A program made the translations under genes and the position numbers. The notes under the pieces are model-generated. The model did not search any database and was not told the DNA's origin. It saw only the letters and a list, made by a program, of their open reading frames with translations. A stretch of DNA of 64,000 nt from Lachnospiraceae bacterium UBA7093. Lineage in GTDB: Bacteria > Bacillota > Clostridia > Lachnospirales > Lachnospiraceae. The DNA lies in the NCBI GenBank assembly GCA_002492465.1, contig DKYT01000019.1, positions 40,815-104,814 on the forward strand. Reading direction: 5' to 3'. Of the stretch, positions 1 through 10,356 are shown one piece after another. How positions within the stretch are numbered: position 1 is the stretch's first letter; each line of letters opens with the position of its first letter.

Positions 1-259
1 CTGTGTAAACCTGTTTTGCCTTGGTGGTTGCCATCCAGATTTTTGCCTGGGGGTGCAAAGTCTTAAACTCCTCAAAATTCATATACCGGGTCACATCCAA
101 ATGCTCCCAATAATCCATCCCTGCCCGTTTGATTTCCTTTTCATTTAAGCGGAATCCCAAAGGCTCAATAAGATGAAGAGAGGTGCCTGTGGCAACACAG
201 GTTCTGCCGATATTTCCTGTATTTGCCGGAATTTCCGGCTGGTGTAAAATAATGTGCAT
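1..259 (-). CDS. trmL: tRNA (cytidine/uridine-34 2'-O)-methyltransferase, SPOUT family; truncated by the window edge
   Basis: Absent from the ORF track because no stop lies in the window. Manual translation from ATG 259 gives MHIILHQPEIPANTGNIGRTC...LHLIEPLGF...KRAGMDYW; GGAG RBS upstream. Confidence 0.92.
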   Translation of the reverse strand, partial: MHIILHQPEIPANTGNIGRTCVATGTSLHLIEPLGFRLNEKEIKRAGMDYWEHLDVTRYMNFEEFKTLHPQAKIWMATTKAKQVYT

Positions 260-277
260 AAGAAATCTCCATTCCTG

Positions 278-1702
278 TCAGTCTTCGGTTCCGTCGTCGG
301 CGATGGGAAGTGAGAAGATAAATTCGGTTCCCACTCCTTCCGTACTGATGACATTGATGTGCTCGCCGTGGGCATGAATAATTTCCTTCGTGATGGAAAG
401 CCCCAGCCCGGTTCCTTTTTTATCCTTGCCTCTGGACAGGTCGGACTTGTAAAATCTGTCCCAGATGAGTTTCAGATTGTCCTTGGGAATGCCGATGCCG
501 CTATCCTTTACGGAGACAAAAACCTTGTTATGTTTTTCAGTGGTTTCGATCTTGATAATGGAATCAGGATGACTGAATTTAATGGCATTGTCCAGAAGGT
601 TGTAGAGCACCTGTTGGATTTTACCGATATCGGCACATACAAACAACTCATCGCCGGTGAGAATCAGCTCAATGGCAATGGTTTTATTTTTGCAGGTTCC
701 CTCAAAGGAAGCCGCTGAGTTGCGGATTACTTTATTGATGTCGAAAAAGCTTTTATCCAGCATGATTCCCTTGGTATTTAAGTTGTTTAAGGTGAGCAGG
801 CTGTTGGTCAGTTTGGTCAGCCGGTCGGTTTCGTTTAAAACGATGGTGAGGTATTTTTCATGTGCCTCCGGCGGTATAGTGCCGTCCAGCATTGCTTCCA
901 GATAGCCCTTGATGGAGGTAAGGGGGGAGCGGAAATCGTGGGATACGTTTGCCACAAATTTCTTCTGGTCGTCCTCGGAGCGTGCAATTTCGCTTGCCAT
1001 ATAAGAAAGGGTTGCGCCCAGGTAACCGATCTCGTCCTCGCTGTCAATCTGAAATTCATAGTGCATGTTGCCGGCTGCATATTGCTCTGTCGCCTCAGTA
1101 ATTTTGCGCAGAGGCAAATAGACCATTTCCGTAAAAAAGATCAAAATGATCATGGAGAGCAGAAACAGGATAATCAGCATCAAGTAGGAGATATTCAGAA
1201 GGCTGTTGCAGGAGGCGGTGATGTTGCTTGTGGGATAGTGGATAACCACATATCCCCGTACCTTATAGCCGGAGGTAATGGGGGCAAATACGCTGAGCTG
1301 TTCCTCCGTGAAGCTGTCAAAAAAATTTCCGATGGTGTAATAGGACTTTTCTGTGACCGTAGGGTCAAAACCGGTGATCACAGTTTCATTTTCCACATCG
1401 ATGGGAGCCTGGGAATCCAGGATCATGCGTCCGGAAGGGTTGATAATCCACAGATTGGCGGAAAGATAGGTATCCAGGGCATCCAGCTGCTTCTTTACAG
1501 TGTCCAGCGAGGTTTCGTTGTCATAAAGGTCGGAAGCATAGGTGTTTGCAATTAAGGTGGCCTCCCTGTACAAATCCTCCGCCTTTTCCCGGGTTAAATG
1601 CTCTGTGGTCATACTGCTTACAAAGGTGGCGACTACCACGAAACCAAAAAAGCCGAAGATAAAGTAAGCAAGCAAAAATTTCAGATAAAGAGTTTTTCTC
1701 AT
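278..1702 (-). CDS. Sensor histidine kinase (2 TM, HAMP, HisKA, HATPase)
   Basis: H-box VSHDFRSPL, N-box NLLDNAIKF, G-boxes DSGIGI and GTGLGL; start overlaps the stop of the upstream regulator. Confidence 0.95.
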   Translation of the reverse strand: MRKTLYLKFLLAYFIFGFFGFVVVATFVSSMTTEHLTREKAEDLYREATLIANTYASDLYDNETSLDTVKKQLDALDTYLSANLWIINPSGRMILDSQAPIDVENETVITGFDPTVTEKSYYTIGNFFDSFTEEQLSVFAPITSGYKVRGYVVIHYPTSNITASCNSLLNISYLMLIILFLLSMIILIFFTEMVYLPLRKITEATEQYAAGNMHYEFQIDSEDEIGYLGATLSYMASEIARSEDDQKKFVANVSHDFRSPLTSIKGYLEAMLDGTIPPEAHEKYLTIVLNETDRLTKLTNSLLTLNNLNTKGIMLDKSFFDINKVIRNSAASFEGTCKNKTIAIELILTGDELFVCADIGKIQQVLYNLLDNAIKFSHPDSIIKIETTEKHNKVFVSVKDSGIGIPKDNLKLIWDRFYKSDLSRGKDKKGTGLGLSITKEIIHAHGEHINVISTEGVGTEFIFSLPIADDGTED

Positions 1703-2400
1703 TGACGCACCTCAAATTTATAACCGATCCCCCAAATAGTGGCGATCCGCCAGCCAGCGTGGTCGTTGATTTTTTCACGGAGGCGCTTAATATGAACGTC
1801 CACGGTTCTGGTATCCCCAATATATTCATATCCCCAGATTTGATCCAAAAGCTGCTCCCGGGTAAAAACATGATTGGGGGAGGAGGCAAGAAAATATAAA
1901 AGTTCCAGTTCCTTGGGCGGCATTTCAATGGTTTTGCCCATATAGATCACGGAATAATTGGTTTGATTGATAATGAGATCCGGATATTCCACACATTTAA
2001 CGTCGGAAGCTTCCGTTATAGAGGATGTTGGTTTGTATCTGCGGAGAACAGCTTTTACCCGTGCTACCAGTTCCTTGGAATCAAAGGGCTTTTCCATATA
2101 ATCGTCGGCGCCTAATTCCAGCCCCAGGACTTTGTCGAAGATTTCGCCCTTGGCGGAAAGCATAATAATGGGAATAGCAGACTTGGAACGGATTTCCCGG
2201 CATACCTGATAGCCGTCGATACCCGGAAGCATCAGATCCAATAAAATCAGATTGGGGGCAAAAGAGTCCGCTAAAAGCAGCGCGGTTTCTCCATCGCCGG
2301 CAATCATGGTTTCAAAGCATTCTTTGGTCAGATAAAGAGAGATCAGCTCCGCGATATTGCTGTCGTCGTCTACGATTAAAATTTTCTGTCTGTTTACCAT
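1699..2400 (-). CDS. OmpR/PhoB-family response regulator
   Basis: Receiver domain (ILIVDDD, LLDLMLP) and winged-helix C-terminus (RTVDVHIKRLR, IWGIGYKF). Confidence 0.95.
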   Translation of the reverse strand: MVNRQKILIVDDDSNIAELISLYLTKECFETMIAGDGETALLLADSFAPNLILLDLMLPGIDGYQVCREIRSKSAIPIIMLSAKGEIFDKVLGLELGADDYMEKPFDSKELVARVKAVLRRYKPTSSITEASDVKCVEYPDLIINQTNYSVIYMGKTIEMPPKELELLYFLASSPNHVFTREQLLDQIWGYEYIGDTRTVDVHIKRLREKINDHAGWRIATIWGIGYKFEVRQ

Positions 2401-2427
2401 GAGAACCTCACTTTCTGTTAAGGGAAT

Positions 2428-4809
2428 TTATTCCTTAAACGTTACTACTGTGACACCTGCGTCACCTTCTCCGTACTCGCCTAAACGGTAGGATTTCACA
2501 TATTTTACTTTTTTCAGGTGGCTGTGAACGGCGCTTCTGAGGGCGCCTGTTCCTTTACCGTGAACCACCCTTACGGTAGAAAGATGGGCAAGGTAGGCGT
2601 CGTCTAAATATTTATCCAGTTCTGAGAGGGCTTCGTCCACAGTTTTGCCCAGCAGATTAATTTCCGGGGAAATGCTGAAAGCTTTTGACATTTTTACCTT
2701 GCCGGTATGGCTTTTTTGAAAAGAAACGGGTTCGGAAGGCATCTCGTCTGCAAGCAAGACCAGATCTTTCACATTTGCCTGGGAGCGCATCATCCCACAT
2801 TGTATAAAAAGGTTACCTCTATGATCAGGAAGACTGCTGACAGTTCCTTTCAGCCCCATGGAGAGAATTTTCACATGATCGCCCAGCTTCAGCTGTTCGG
2901 GCTTTAAGGGCTTTTCTTTTTGAGGCTGGGAGGGCTTCAGGGCAAGCTTGTCATTTTTCTTGTTAATTTCTCCGCGCAGGCGTTCTCTGGTCTTCTCCAG
3001 ATCCTTTAAGGAAGCGCCGGGACCTGATTTCTGGTAAATGCGGATGGTTTCGTCCGCTACGTCTTTTGCTTCCTGGAGAATTTCTTTTGCACGTTCGTTT
3101 GCCTCCCGGAGGATCCGTTCCTTTGCGCTGTCGATTTTTTCGTTTTTGGCTTGCAGTTTTTCCTTTAAAGCCTTTACCTCCTCCTTATAGGAGGCGATTT
3201 CCAGGCGTTCCTTTTCGATGGTGACCCGGCTTTCTTCAAGATCTGTAAGCAGGTCTTCAAAGCTTTTATCCTCGGTAGTGATCTGGGATTTGGCAGCTTC
3301 AATAATATAATCCGGCAGCCCCAGCTTGGAGGAAATGGCAAAGGCGTTGCTCTTTCCGGGGATGCCGATCAGAAGCCGGTAGGTCGGCGCTAAAGTCTCT
3401 ATGTCAAATTCGCAGCAGGCATTTTCAACGAAATCCGTGGACAAGGCATAGACCTTAAGCTCGCTGTAGTGAGTGGTTGCCATGGTACGGATGCCTCTGG
3501 TGTGGAGATGATCCAAAATAGCGATGGCAAGCGCCGCGCCCTCTGTGGGATCTGTTCCGGCGCCCAATTCGTCAAAAAGGCATAAGGCGTTTTCATTCGC
3601 ATGTTTCAGGATGGAGACAATGGCAGTCATGTGGGAGGAAAAGGTGCTGAGACTCTGCTCGATACTCTGCTCGTCGCCGATATCCGCAAAAACTTCCGTA
3701 AAAACGGAAAGCTCCGAGCGATCCAGCGCAGGAATGTGCAATCCCGACTGTCCCATCAGGGTAAAAAGACCTACGGTTTTCAGGGAAACGGTTTTTCCGC
3801 CGGTGTTAGGTCCGGTGACGATCAGCAGGTCAAAATCCCGTCCCAGATGGATATCAATGGGAACCACCTTTTTGGGAGGAAGAAGGGGATGCCTTCCCTT
3901 CCGGATATGAATGTAACGCTCTGTGTTGAACAGAGGCATGGTGGCATTTTCCTCCAGGGCAAGGGACGCCTTGGCAAATACAAAATCCAAAAAGGTCATG
4001 ATCCGCTGGTCTTCCGAGATCTCAAATATGTGTTGGGAAGCCTGGGCGCTTAAGGAAGCCAAAACAGCTTCGATCTCCTCTTTTTCCTGAAGGGCAAGCT
4101 CCTTGAGCTGGTTGTTCAAATTTACAATTGCTGCCGGCTCAATGAAAAAGGTGGAGCCGGTGGAGGATTGATCGTGAACCATGCCGGGTACCTGGCTTTT
4201 GTATTCCGCCTTGACGGGAATACAATACCGGTTATCTCTCATGGTAATAACCGCATCCTGAAGATAACTGCGGTAAGAGCCGTTTACCATTCCTGTAAGC
4301 TGGGAGTGAATCTTATCTCCTGTGAGTACAATAGAGCGTCTTACATGCTTTAATCCGGGGCTTGCATCGTCTGCAATCTCCTCTTCCGACAGGATGCAGC
4401 GGTTGATTTCCCCTGCAAGGGAAGAAACGGGCTCTAAAGCATGAAAATAGGAGGTGAGAGAGGTTTCCTTTTCCTCCTCCCTGGAACCTTTGCCATAGGC
4501 TTTGATTCTGCTTACATTGTCTAACAGCCCTGCAATTTTCAAAAGCTCGGGGGCGGAAAGGGTGCTTCCGATTTCCAGGCTTCGGAGCGCCATGGAAACG
4601 TCCCGGTTGCCGCCGAAGGAAGTAGAACCTTTTGCAAAAAGCATGGAAAGAGCGTCGGCAGTCTCCTGCTGGGCTTTTCTGATCTGCGCCAGGTCTGTTT
4701 GGGGCGTCAGCTCCCGGCACAGGGCGCGTCCCGGTTCCGAGGAAGCTTTCTCCGCTAACAGCTGAATGATTTTTGTATATTCTAATGTGTGTAATACTTT
4801 TTCGTTCAT
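2428..4809 (-). CDS. mutS2: Endonuclease MutS2
   Basis: Walker A TGPNTGGKT, DELGAGTDP, coiled coil, C-terminal Smr domain VVHGKGTGALR. Confidence 0.96.
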   Translation of the reverse strand: MNEKVLHTLEYTKIIQLLAEKASSEPGRALCRELTPQTDLAQIRKAQQETADALSMLFAKGSTSFGGNRDVSMALRSLEIGSTLSAPELLKIAGLLDNVSRIKAYGKGSREEEKETSLTSYFHALEPVSSLAGEINRCILSEEEIADDASPGLKHVRRSIVLTGDKIHSQLTGMVNGSYRSYLQDAVITMRDNRYCIPVKAEYKSQVPGMVHDQSSTGSTFFIEPAAIVNLNNQLKELALQEKEEIEAVLASLSAQASQHIFEISEDQRIMTFLDFVFAKASLALEENATMPLFNTERYIHIRKGRHPLLPPKKVVPIDIHLGRDFDLLIVTGPNTGGKTVSLKTVGLFTLMGQSGLHIPALDRSELSVFTEVFADIGDEQSIEQSLSTFSSHMTAIVSILKHANENALCLFDELGAGTDPTEGAALAIAILDHLHTRGIRTMATTHYSELKVYALSTDFVENACCEFDIETLAPTYRLLIGIPGKSNAFAISSKLGLPDYIIEAAKSQITTEDKSFEDLLTDLEESRVTIEKERLEIASYKEEVKALKEKLQAKNEKIDSAKERILREANERAKEILQEAKDVADETIRIYQKSGPGASLKDLEKTRERLRGEINKKNDKLALKPSQPQKEKPLKPEQLKLGDHVKILSMGLKGTVSSLPDHRGNLFIQCGMMRSQANVKDLVLLADEMPSEPVSFQKSHTGKVKMSKAFSISPEINLLGKTVDEALSELDKYLDDAYLAHLSTVRVVHGKGTGALRSAVHSHLKKVKYVKSYRLGEYGEGDAGVTVVTFKE

Positions 4810-4904
4810 AAAAACCTCGATTGCTAAGATGTCTTGATAATCTGTTTCAGTATATCACAATTTCGGCGAAGGAACCAGTGTTATCAATCAGGGAATCTTT
4901 TATT

Positions 4905-4932
4905 TTGACACGGGGCAAACTTCATGTATAAT
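4905..4932 (+). promoter_or_regulatory. Sigma-A-type promoter
   Basis: TTGACA-N16-TATAAT. It overlaps the ORF-track start at 4931, so the true start is further downstream. Confidence 0.65.
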
Positions 4933-4975
4933 GGTTGTAGAAAAGAAAGCGGTAATGTCCGGAAAGGGAGAAATT

Positions 4976-6394
4976 GTGACAGGGTTTGTAGAGAAGCATC
5001 GAAAGCAGTTATTTTGGGTGATATTGGCAGCAGCATTTTTTGCCATTCTTTTTTATAATATGCTTACGCCCTATATGTCAGATGATTATTCCTATGCTAT
5101 TGAGGTAAGGAAAGCCGGTTCTTTGTGGGATCTGGTAAAGCAGCAATACGGAGAATACCTGTCGAACAGCGGAAGAGTGGTAGGACAGTTTAATGTACGG
5201 CTTTCCCTGGCTGTTCCCAAGATGGTATTTAATGTGGTAAACAGTCTGATGTTTGTGGTGCTTGTGCTTTTGATGTATGCCAATATCAGCCGCAAAAAAA
5301 AGAAAGATCTTTTTGTACTTTTACTGATTTTGGTTTTTTTATGGCGGTATGGCGTCAGCTTTGGGCAGACTATGCTTTGGATCTGCGGCGCATGTAATTA
5401 TTTATGGGGAAGCGTTTTTATTTTGGGGTTTATTACCTTTTACCGGCATTTCCTGAACCATCCGGAAAAGATAAAGCATGCAGTGCCTTTAACGGTGGGA
5501 AGCTTTTTCTTTGGCGTTCTTGCCGGCTGGTGTAATGAAAATACCTCGGGAGGCGGTTTGCTGCTGGTACTTTTGTTTGCTGTCAATTTCTGGTGGGATC
5601 AAAGGAAAGCATGCCGAAAGAGCCTGTATCCTTTTATGGTTTCCGGAATTTTGGGGATGTGCTGCGGTATGCTTGGGATGATCTCGGCGCCGGGTATCAG
5701 AAACAGAAGCGATACCATGTCGGAGGGCGCTTACACTGGTATCGTAGGGCTCCTTTCAAGGACGTATAAGATCACAATCAATATACGGGAACTTTTCCTG
5801 CCGGTTATTTTGATTACAACGGTTGTGATTGTCTTTCTGGTATTACAAAAAAAATTGGTGGAGTGGCGGCAGATACGCCGCAGTGAAACGGTGCTGTTTT
5901 TGCTTGCGGCAGCGGCAACAGGCTATGCCCTTGCAATTGCGCCGACGCCTGCTAATAGAGCGTTTTTTGGAGCAGGTATTTTCCTGTTCATTGCCTGTAT
6001 ACAGGGAATTGTGGATGTGGCGGATCAGGAGCTTATAGTGAAAGCGGCAAAGTACAGCCTGGTCAGCACCCTATGCGTTTGGCTTTTCTTTACCTATATG
6101 GATCAGCTTGTAAATTTGGCAAGAATCTACCGGGAGGAGCAGGAGCGGGTAGAGATGATCAAAGCGGACAAAGCGGATCCCAACGGGGATGGTATTGTGG
6201 TGGTGCCCCAGCTGCGGGAAGCTTTTCAAAGTCCTTACAGCAACGCCCATGAATCCGACCTTCAGGACGATAAGGATTACTGGATCAACTTGTTTTATGA
6301 AGTTTATTATGATGTAGGAAATATTACGGCGATTCCCAGAGAGGAATGGGAAGAGCTGTATGGAGAAGACAGTCTATGGAATGGGGAGGATTAA
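4976..6394 (+). CDS. Polytopic membrane protein, DUF6056/GT-C-like
   Basis: About 10 hydrophobic segments; SDDY after TM1, GACNYLW and GWCNEN motifs. GTG start chosen from the GGGAG RBS. Confidence 0.6.
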   Translation: MTGFVEKHRKQLFWVILAAAFFAILFYNMLTPYMSDDYSYAIEVRKAGSLWDLVKQQYGEYLSNSGRVVGQFNVRLSLAVPKMVFNVVNSLMFVVLVLLMYANISRKKKKDLFVLLLILVFLWRYGVSFGQTMLWICGACNYLWGSVFILGFITFYRHFLNHPEKIKHAVPLTVGSFFFGVLAGWCNENTSGGGLLLVLLFAVNFWWDQRKACRKSLYPFMVSGILGMCCGMLGMISAPGIRNRSDTMSEGAYTGIVGLLSRTYKITINIRELFLPVILITTVVIVFLVLQKKLVEWRQIRRSETVLFLLAAAATGYALAIAPTPANRAFFGAGIFLFIACIQGIVDVADQELIVKAAKYSLVSTLCVWLFFTYMDQLVNLARIYREEQERVEMIKADKADPNGDGIVVVPQLREAFQSPYSNAHESDLQDDKDYWINLFYEVYYDVGNITAIPREEWEELYGEDSLWNGED

Positions 6395-7296
6395 GCATAA
6401 ATCCCTGCAACCTGTGTCCCAGGGAATGCCTGGTTGAGCGCGAAAAGGGACAAAAGGGTTACTGTCGGTCTGACGGGCGGATTTTTGTGGCAAGAGCTGA
6501 TCTTCATATGTGGGAGGAGCCTTGTATATCGGGAGAGGAAGGCTCCGGCGCGGTATTTTTTTCAGGATGCAATTTGCGGTGCGTTTATTGCCAGAATGAG
6601 CAGATCTCTTCGGGGGGAAGAGGAAAAGAGGTTTCGGTTCAGGAACTTGGGGAGATTTTTTTGAGGCTTCAGGAAAGAGGCGCGGCAAATATCAATCTGG
6701 TCACGCCGGATCATTATATCCGGCAGATTGCCGAGGCAGTCATGGAGGCAAGGGAAAGGGGACTTTCAGTGCCTGTAATTTATAACGGAAGCGGTTATGA
6801 AAAAAGGGCTGTAATCAAAAATTTGTCAGGCATTGTGGATATTTTTTTGACAGATTTTAAGTATATGGACGCCGTTTTAGCGGAAAAATATTCAAAAGCG
6901 CCCGATTATCCCCAGGTGGCGAAGGAAGCGCTGGAGGAAATGGTCAGTATCACAGGGGAGCCTGTTTTTGATGAAAAAGGCATGATGCAAAAAGGAACGA
7001 TTGTAAGACATTTGCTTTTGCCGGGACATAAGCGGAATGCAAAGGATGTGCTGCGGTATGTTTACGGAACGTATGGAGACAGAGTTTACATCAGCCTGAT
7101 GAATCAGTATACTCCCTTTGCAAGACTTGAGAAATATCCTGAATACAGGGAGCTTTGCAGAAAGGTTACCAAAAGAGAATATGAAACGGTGGTCAGCTAC
7201 GCCATAGAGCTGGGCGTCCAAAATGCCTTTATTCAGGAGCAGGGGACGGCAGAGGAGAGCTTTATACCGGAGTTTGATTTAAAATTTCATGAATAA
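6346..7296 (+). CDS. pflX: Radical SAM protein, PflX-like
   Basis: CNLCPREC, HMWEEPCISG, CxxxCxxC motif CNLRCVYC, MNQYTP. Exact start uncertain. Confidence 0.85.
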   Translation: MGRAVWRRQSMEWGGLSINPCNLCPRECLVEREKGQKGYCRSDGRIFVARADLHMWEEPCISGEEGSGAVFFSGCNLRCVYCQNEQISSGGRGKEVSVQELGEIFLRLQERGAANINLVTPDHYIRQIAEAVMEARERGLSVPVIYNGSGYEKRAVIKNLSGIVDIFLTDFKYMDAVLAEKYSKAPDYPQVAKEALEEMVSITGEPVFDEKGMMQKGTIVRHLLLPGHKRNAKDVLRYVYGTYGDRVYISLMNQYTPFARLEKYPEYRELCRKVTKREYETVVSYAIELGVQNAFIQEQGTAEESFIPEFDLKFHE

Positions 7297-7319
7297 TAAA
7301 CCTTCTTTTACAGATAATA
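7291..7319 (+). promoter_or_regulatory. Possible forespore sigma-G-type promoter of spoVT
   Basis: GAATA-N17-GATAATA upstream of spoVT, which is sigma-G dependent in Bacillus subtilis. Confidence 0.35.
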
Positions 7320-7366
7320 GTACAAGAGTAATTTTTTTACTATTAGCGTAAATGGAGGTTATTTTT

Positions 7367-7912
7367 ATGAAAGCGACAGGGATTGTCAGGCGGATAGACG
7401 ACTTAGGACGTATTGTAATACCCAAGGAAATCAGACGGACCCTCCGAATTCGGGAAAGCGACCCGTTGGAAATATTTACTGACAGGGAGGGAGAAATTAT
7501 TTTGAAAAAATATTCTCCCATTGGCGAGATGAATACATTTGCAAAGCAGTATGCGGAAAGCCTTGCTCAGGTATCAGGGCGGACTGCGCTGATCGCAGAC
7601 AGAGATCAATTTATTGCGGTGTCGGGAGGCTTTAAAAGTATTCTGGGGAAATCCATCAGTAAGGAGCTGGAGGAAAAGTTAAATAAAAGGGAAATGGTCA
7701 TTGCGTCAAAGGAGGATTCCAATTTTATCCCCATTACCCAGGATGTGACAGACGATTTTGAGCAGGAAGCGATCAGCCCGATTATCTGTGAGGGAGATAT
7801 TATCGGCGGAGTGGTGTTGATCGATAACGGGGAAAAGGGAAAAATGGGAGAAGTGGAGCAAAAGCTGGTGCAGTCGGCATCGGGATTTTTAGGCAGGCAG
7901 ATGGAGCAGTGA
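7367..7912 (+). CDS. spoVT: Stage V sporulation protein T (AbrB-like N-domain + GAF)
   Basis: MKATGIVRRIDDLGRIVIPKEIRRTLRIRE N-terminus and FLGRQME C-terminus; GGAGG RBS before ATG 7367. Confidence 0.95.
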   Translation: MKATGIVRRIDDLGRIVIPKEIRRTLRIRESDPLEIFTDREGEIILKKYSPIGEMNTFAKQYAESLAQVSGRTALIADRDQFIAVSGGFKSILGKSISKELEEKLNKREMVIASKEDSNFIPITQDVTDDFEQEAISPIICEGDIIGGVVLIDNGEKGKMGEVEQKLVQSASGFLGRQMEQ

Positions 7913-7993
7913 TTCCTCTGTAAAAAATTCTCCATAATTAAAACATAAGCATTCTGCTCAAATCGGATCAGAATGCTTATGCTGTATTTTGGG

Positions 7994-8614
7994 CTATGAA
8001 AGATCTGTACGGAACATGACCAAAGCTTCCCGGCGGGGAAATTCTCCCATTTCATAATAGTCGCTGGTCAGGCGGTTTAACCGTTCTATTGCTACGGAGC
8101 GGTTTGCCCGTTTCGGCTGGTTATTGATAAACTGAATTTCCTCGGTAGCGTACTCCTGATCCAGTTCCGGATCGTCCTCCTCCTCATAAAAAGGATCAAA
8201 GAGAAGAATCCTGTCCTGTTCCAATCCCGTTAAAAGTACATAATGTCCTACCTCAAGATAAAGGAACAACACGATCACTGCCCCTTTTTTAAGCGCCCTG
8301 ATCAGGGGACTGCCAGGGGTAAGGGTAACCTGCTCCTGGGAGTAATATTCGCAGTGAAGAGGGAAATGCTTTATGGCACCGAAATGGTTCAGCCAGCTGG
8401 TTACATAGTTCATAGCGGCAGGGGAAGTGCCGTGCTTGCACAGTTCTCCCTGATCATTGTAGGTATCCATGCAGTAGAGCATGATGAATTTAATCAGATC
8501 GGGGTAAATTTCCTCTCTTTCAAAAAGGTAGCGAATCCCATTTAAAATGGAAACAGGTCCGCAGTCATATTCAGATGTCTGATAGTTTAATAAATTTTTC
8601 ATTTTGTGTTCCAT
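7994..8614 (-). CDS. Stand-alone peptidase C39-like cysteine protease
   Basis: QTSEYDCGP (Cys), GHYVLL (His), LFDP (Asp). Confidence 0.7.
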   Translation of the reverse strand: MEHKMKNLLNYQTSEYDCGPVSILNGIRYLFEREEIYPDLIKFIMLYCMDTYNDQGELCKHGTSPAAMNYVTSWLNHFGAIKHFPLHCEYYSQEQVTLTPGSPLIRALKKGAVIVLFLYLEVGHYVLLTGLEQDRILLFDPFYEEEDDPELDQEYATEEIQFINNQPKRANRSVAIERLNRLTSDYYEMGEFPRREALVMFRTDLS

Positions 8615-8654
8615 CGATGTTTTCTGAAAGTACTATATGATGCAAAGTGATTGT

Positions 8655-8683
8655 ACTATAACGCGGTTTATTCTATTTGTCAA
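8655..8683 (-). promoter_or_regulatory. Sigma-A-type promoter of the C39-like gene
   Basis: Minus strand TTGACA-N17-TATAGT. Confidence 0.55.
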
Positions 8684-8778
8684 GAATTGGGGAAATTGCG
8701 CGGTAGTACTTGCCCTCTTATAACGGAATGCTTTATAATATATACATTTTAGGGAAGATTTTAGAGGAGAAGGCGGTA

Positions 8779-10356
8779 ATGGAACAAAAGAAGCTGATAG
8801 AGTTTCGTGATATCGTTAAAAATTTTGACGGACAGATCGTGCTAAAGGGGGTAAACCTGGATATTTATGAGAATGAATTTGTGACCCTGTTAGGACCCAG
8901 TGGGTGTGGAAAGACTACGCTGCTCAGGATCCTGGGAGGCTTTCTGGATGCGGATGAGGGGAAGATTATTTTTAACGGTGAGGAGATCAATGAGAAGCCC
9001 CCCTATAAACGGGAATTAAATACTGTTTTCCAGAAATATGCGCTGTTCCCACATATGAGTGTGTATGAAAATATTGCCTTTGGGCTTAAAATTAAAAAAT
9101 TGAGCAAGGATGTAATCGACCAGAAGGTAATGAAGATGTTAAAGCTGATCGGTCTGGAAGGATTTGAAGATAAGAATCCTACGCTCTTATCCGGCGGTCA
9201 GCAGCAGCGGGTTGCAATTGCAAGGGCGCTGGTGAACGAGCCTAAGGTACTGCTTCTTGACGAGCCTCTTGCCGCATTGGACTTAAAGCTGAGACAGGAG
9301 ATGCAGTATGAGCTGAAGCGGATTCAGCAGGAGGTAGGAATCACGTTTATTTTTGTGACCCATGATCAGGAAGAGGCATTGATGATGTCGGATAAGATCG
9401 TGGTGATGAAAAACGGGGAGATTCAGCAGGTAGGTACCCCCCAGGAAATTTATAATGAACCGGCGAATCGTTATGTGGCGAATTTTATCGGTGAGAGTAA
9501 CATTATTCCGGGCGTGATGGTGGAGGACTATAAGGTACGATTTGACGATATTACTTTCGACTGTGTAGATTTTGGATTTAAGGAGAATGAGCAGGTAGAT
9601 GTGGTGATCCGCCCGGAAGATATTGATATTGTAGAGATAAAAAAAGGAAAAATGACCGGGGAGGTGCGCAGCATCTTATTTAAAGGCGTACATTATGAGG
9701 TTATGGTTGAAACCATACCCGGAACCCAGGTAACGGTTAACATGCAGGTGACCCGCAACCAGGATGTGACAAGCGAGGATGGGAAGGAAAAAATCAGCGC
9801 AACCAATTTTTATCTGGATCTGGAGGATGTAAAAAATTTAAATGATAAAGAGGTAGTGGCGCGCTCCAACGCTCAGGCGTGGAACCCGGAGACAGACGAT
9901 TATATTTCCATTTCCAGAATCGAATATGACGTTCGGGAAGAGGAGGGGCAATATCCTGTCAGGTTTTCCACTTCCGGGGGAACCAGCATTGAGAGAACGA
10001 TTTTCGTAGTAAACCAGCCCTTTGTGAAGAACGAGAAGGCAAACGAGGCGGTTATGGCGTTTGATTTTCGAACCACAGTGGAGGAAATCAGGGAGTCTCA
10101 GGCGCTGGATACGGATATGAAGACCTGGGCGAATGCCCAGGCGTGGAAATTAAGCGATGAAAGCCAAAATGTAGATATCAGCGTAAATTATGATTTTGAC
10201 CCGGAGGAGCTGACAGAAGGTACTTACAGTATTACATTTTCCACAACAGGAAGGGAATTTAAAATTCATACCACAGATTATATAGAGGAGGGTCAGGAGG
10301 TAGGGCTGACCTTTTTCCCGGAGGATATTCATGTGATGTCGAGGATGGTATTTTAA
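8779..10356 (+). CDS. potA: Spermidine/putrescine ABC transporter ATPase with a large C-terminal insertion
   Basis: [30 protein letters not shown]; ends in PEDIHVM; RBS supports ATG 8779. Confidence 0.9.
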   Translation: MEQKKLIEFRDIVKNFDGQIVLKGVNLDIYENEFVTLLGPSGCGKTTLLRILGGFLDADEGKIIFNGEEINEKPPYKRELNTVFQKYALFPHMSVYENIAFGLKIKKLSKDVIDQKVMKMLKLIGLEGFEDKNPTLLSGGQQQRVAIARALVNEPKVLLLDEPLAALDLKLRQEMQYELKRIQQEVGITFIFVTHDQEEALMMSDKIVVMKNGEIQQVGTPQEIYNEPANRYVANFIGESNIIPGVMVEDYKVRFDDITFDCVDFGFKENEQVDVVIRPEDIDIVEIKKGKMTGEVRSILFKGVHYEVMVETIPGTQVTVNMQVTRNQDVTSEDGKEKISATNFYLDLEDVKNLNDKEVVARSNAQAWNPETDDYISISRIEYDVREEEGQYPVRFSTSGGTSIERTIFVVNQPFVKNEKANEAVMAFDFRTTVEEIRESQALDTDMKTWANAQAWKLSDESQNVDISVNYDFDPEELTEGTYSITFSTTGREFKIHTTDYIEEGQEVGLTFFPEDIHVMSRMVF

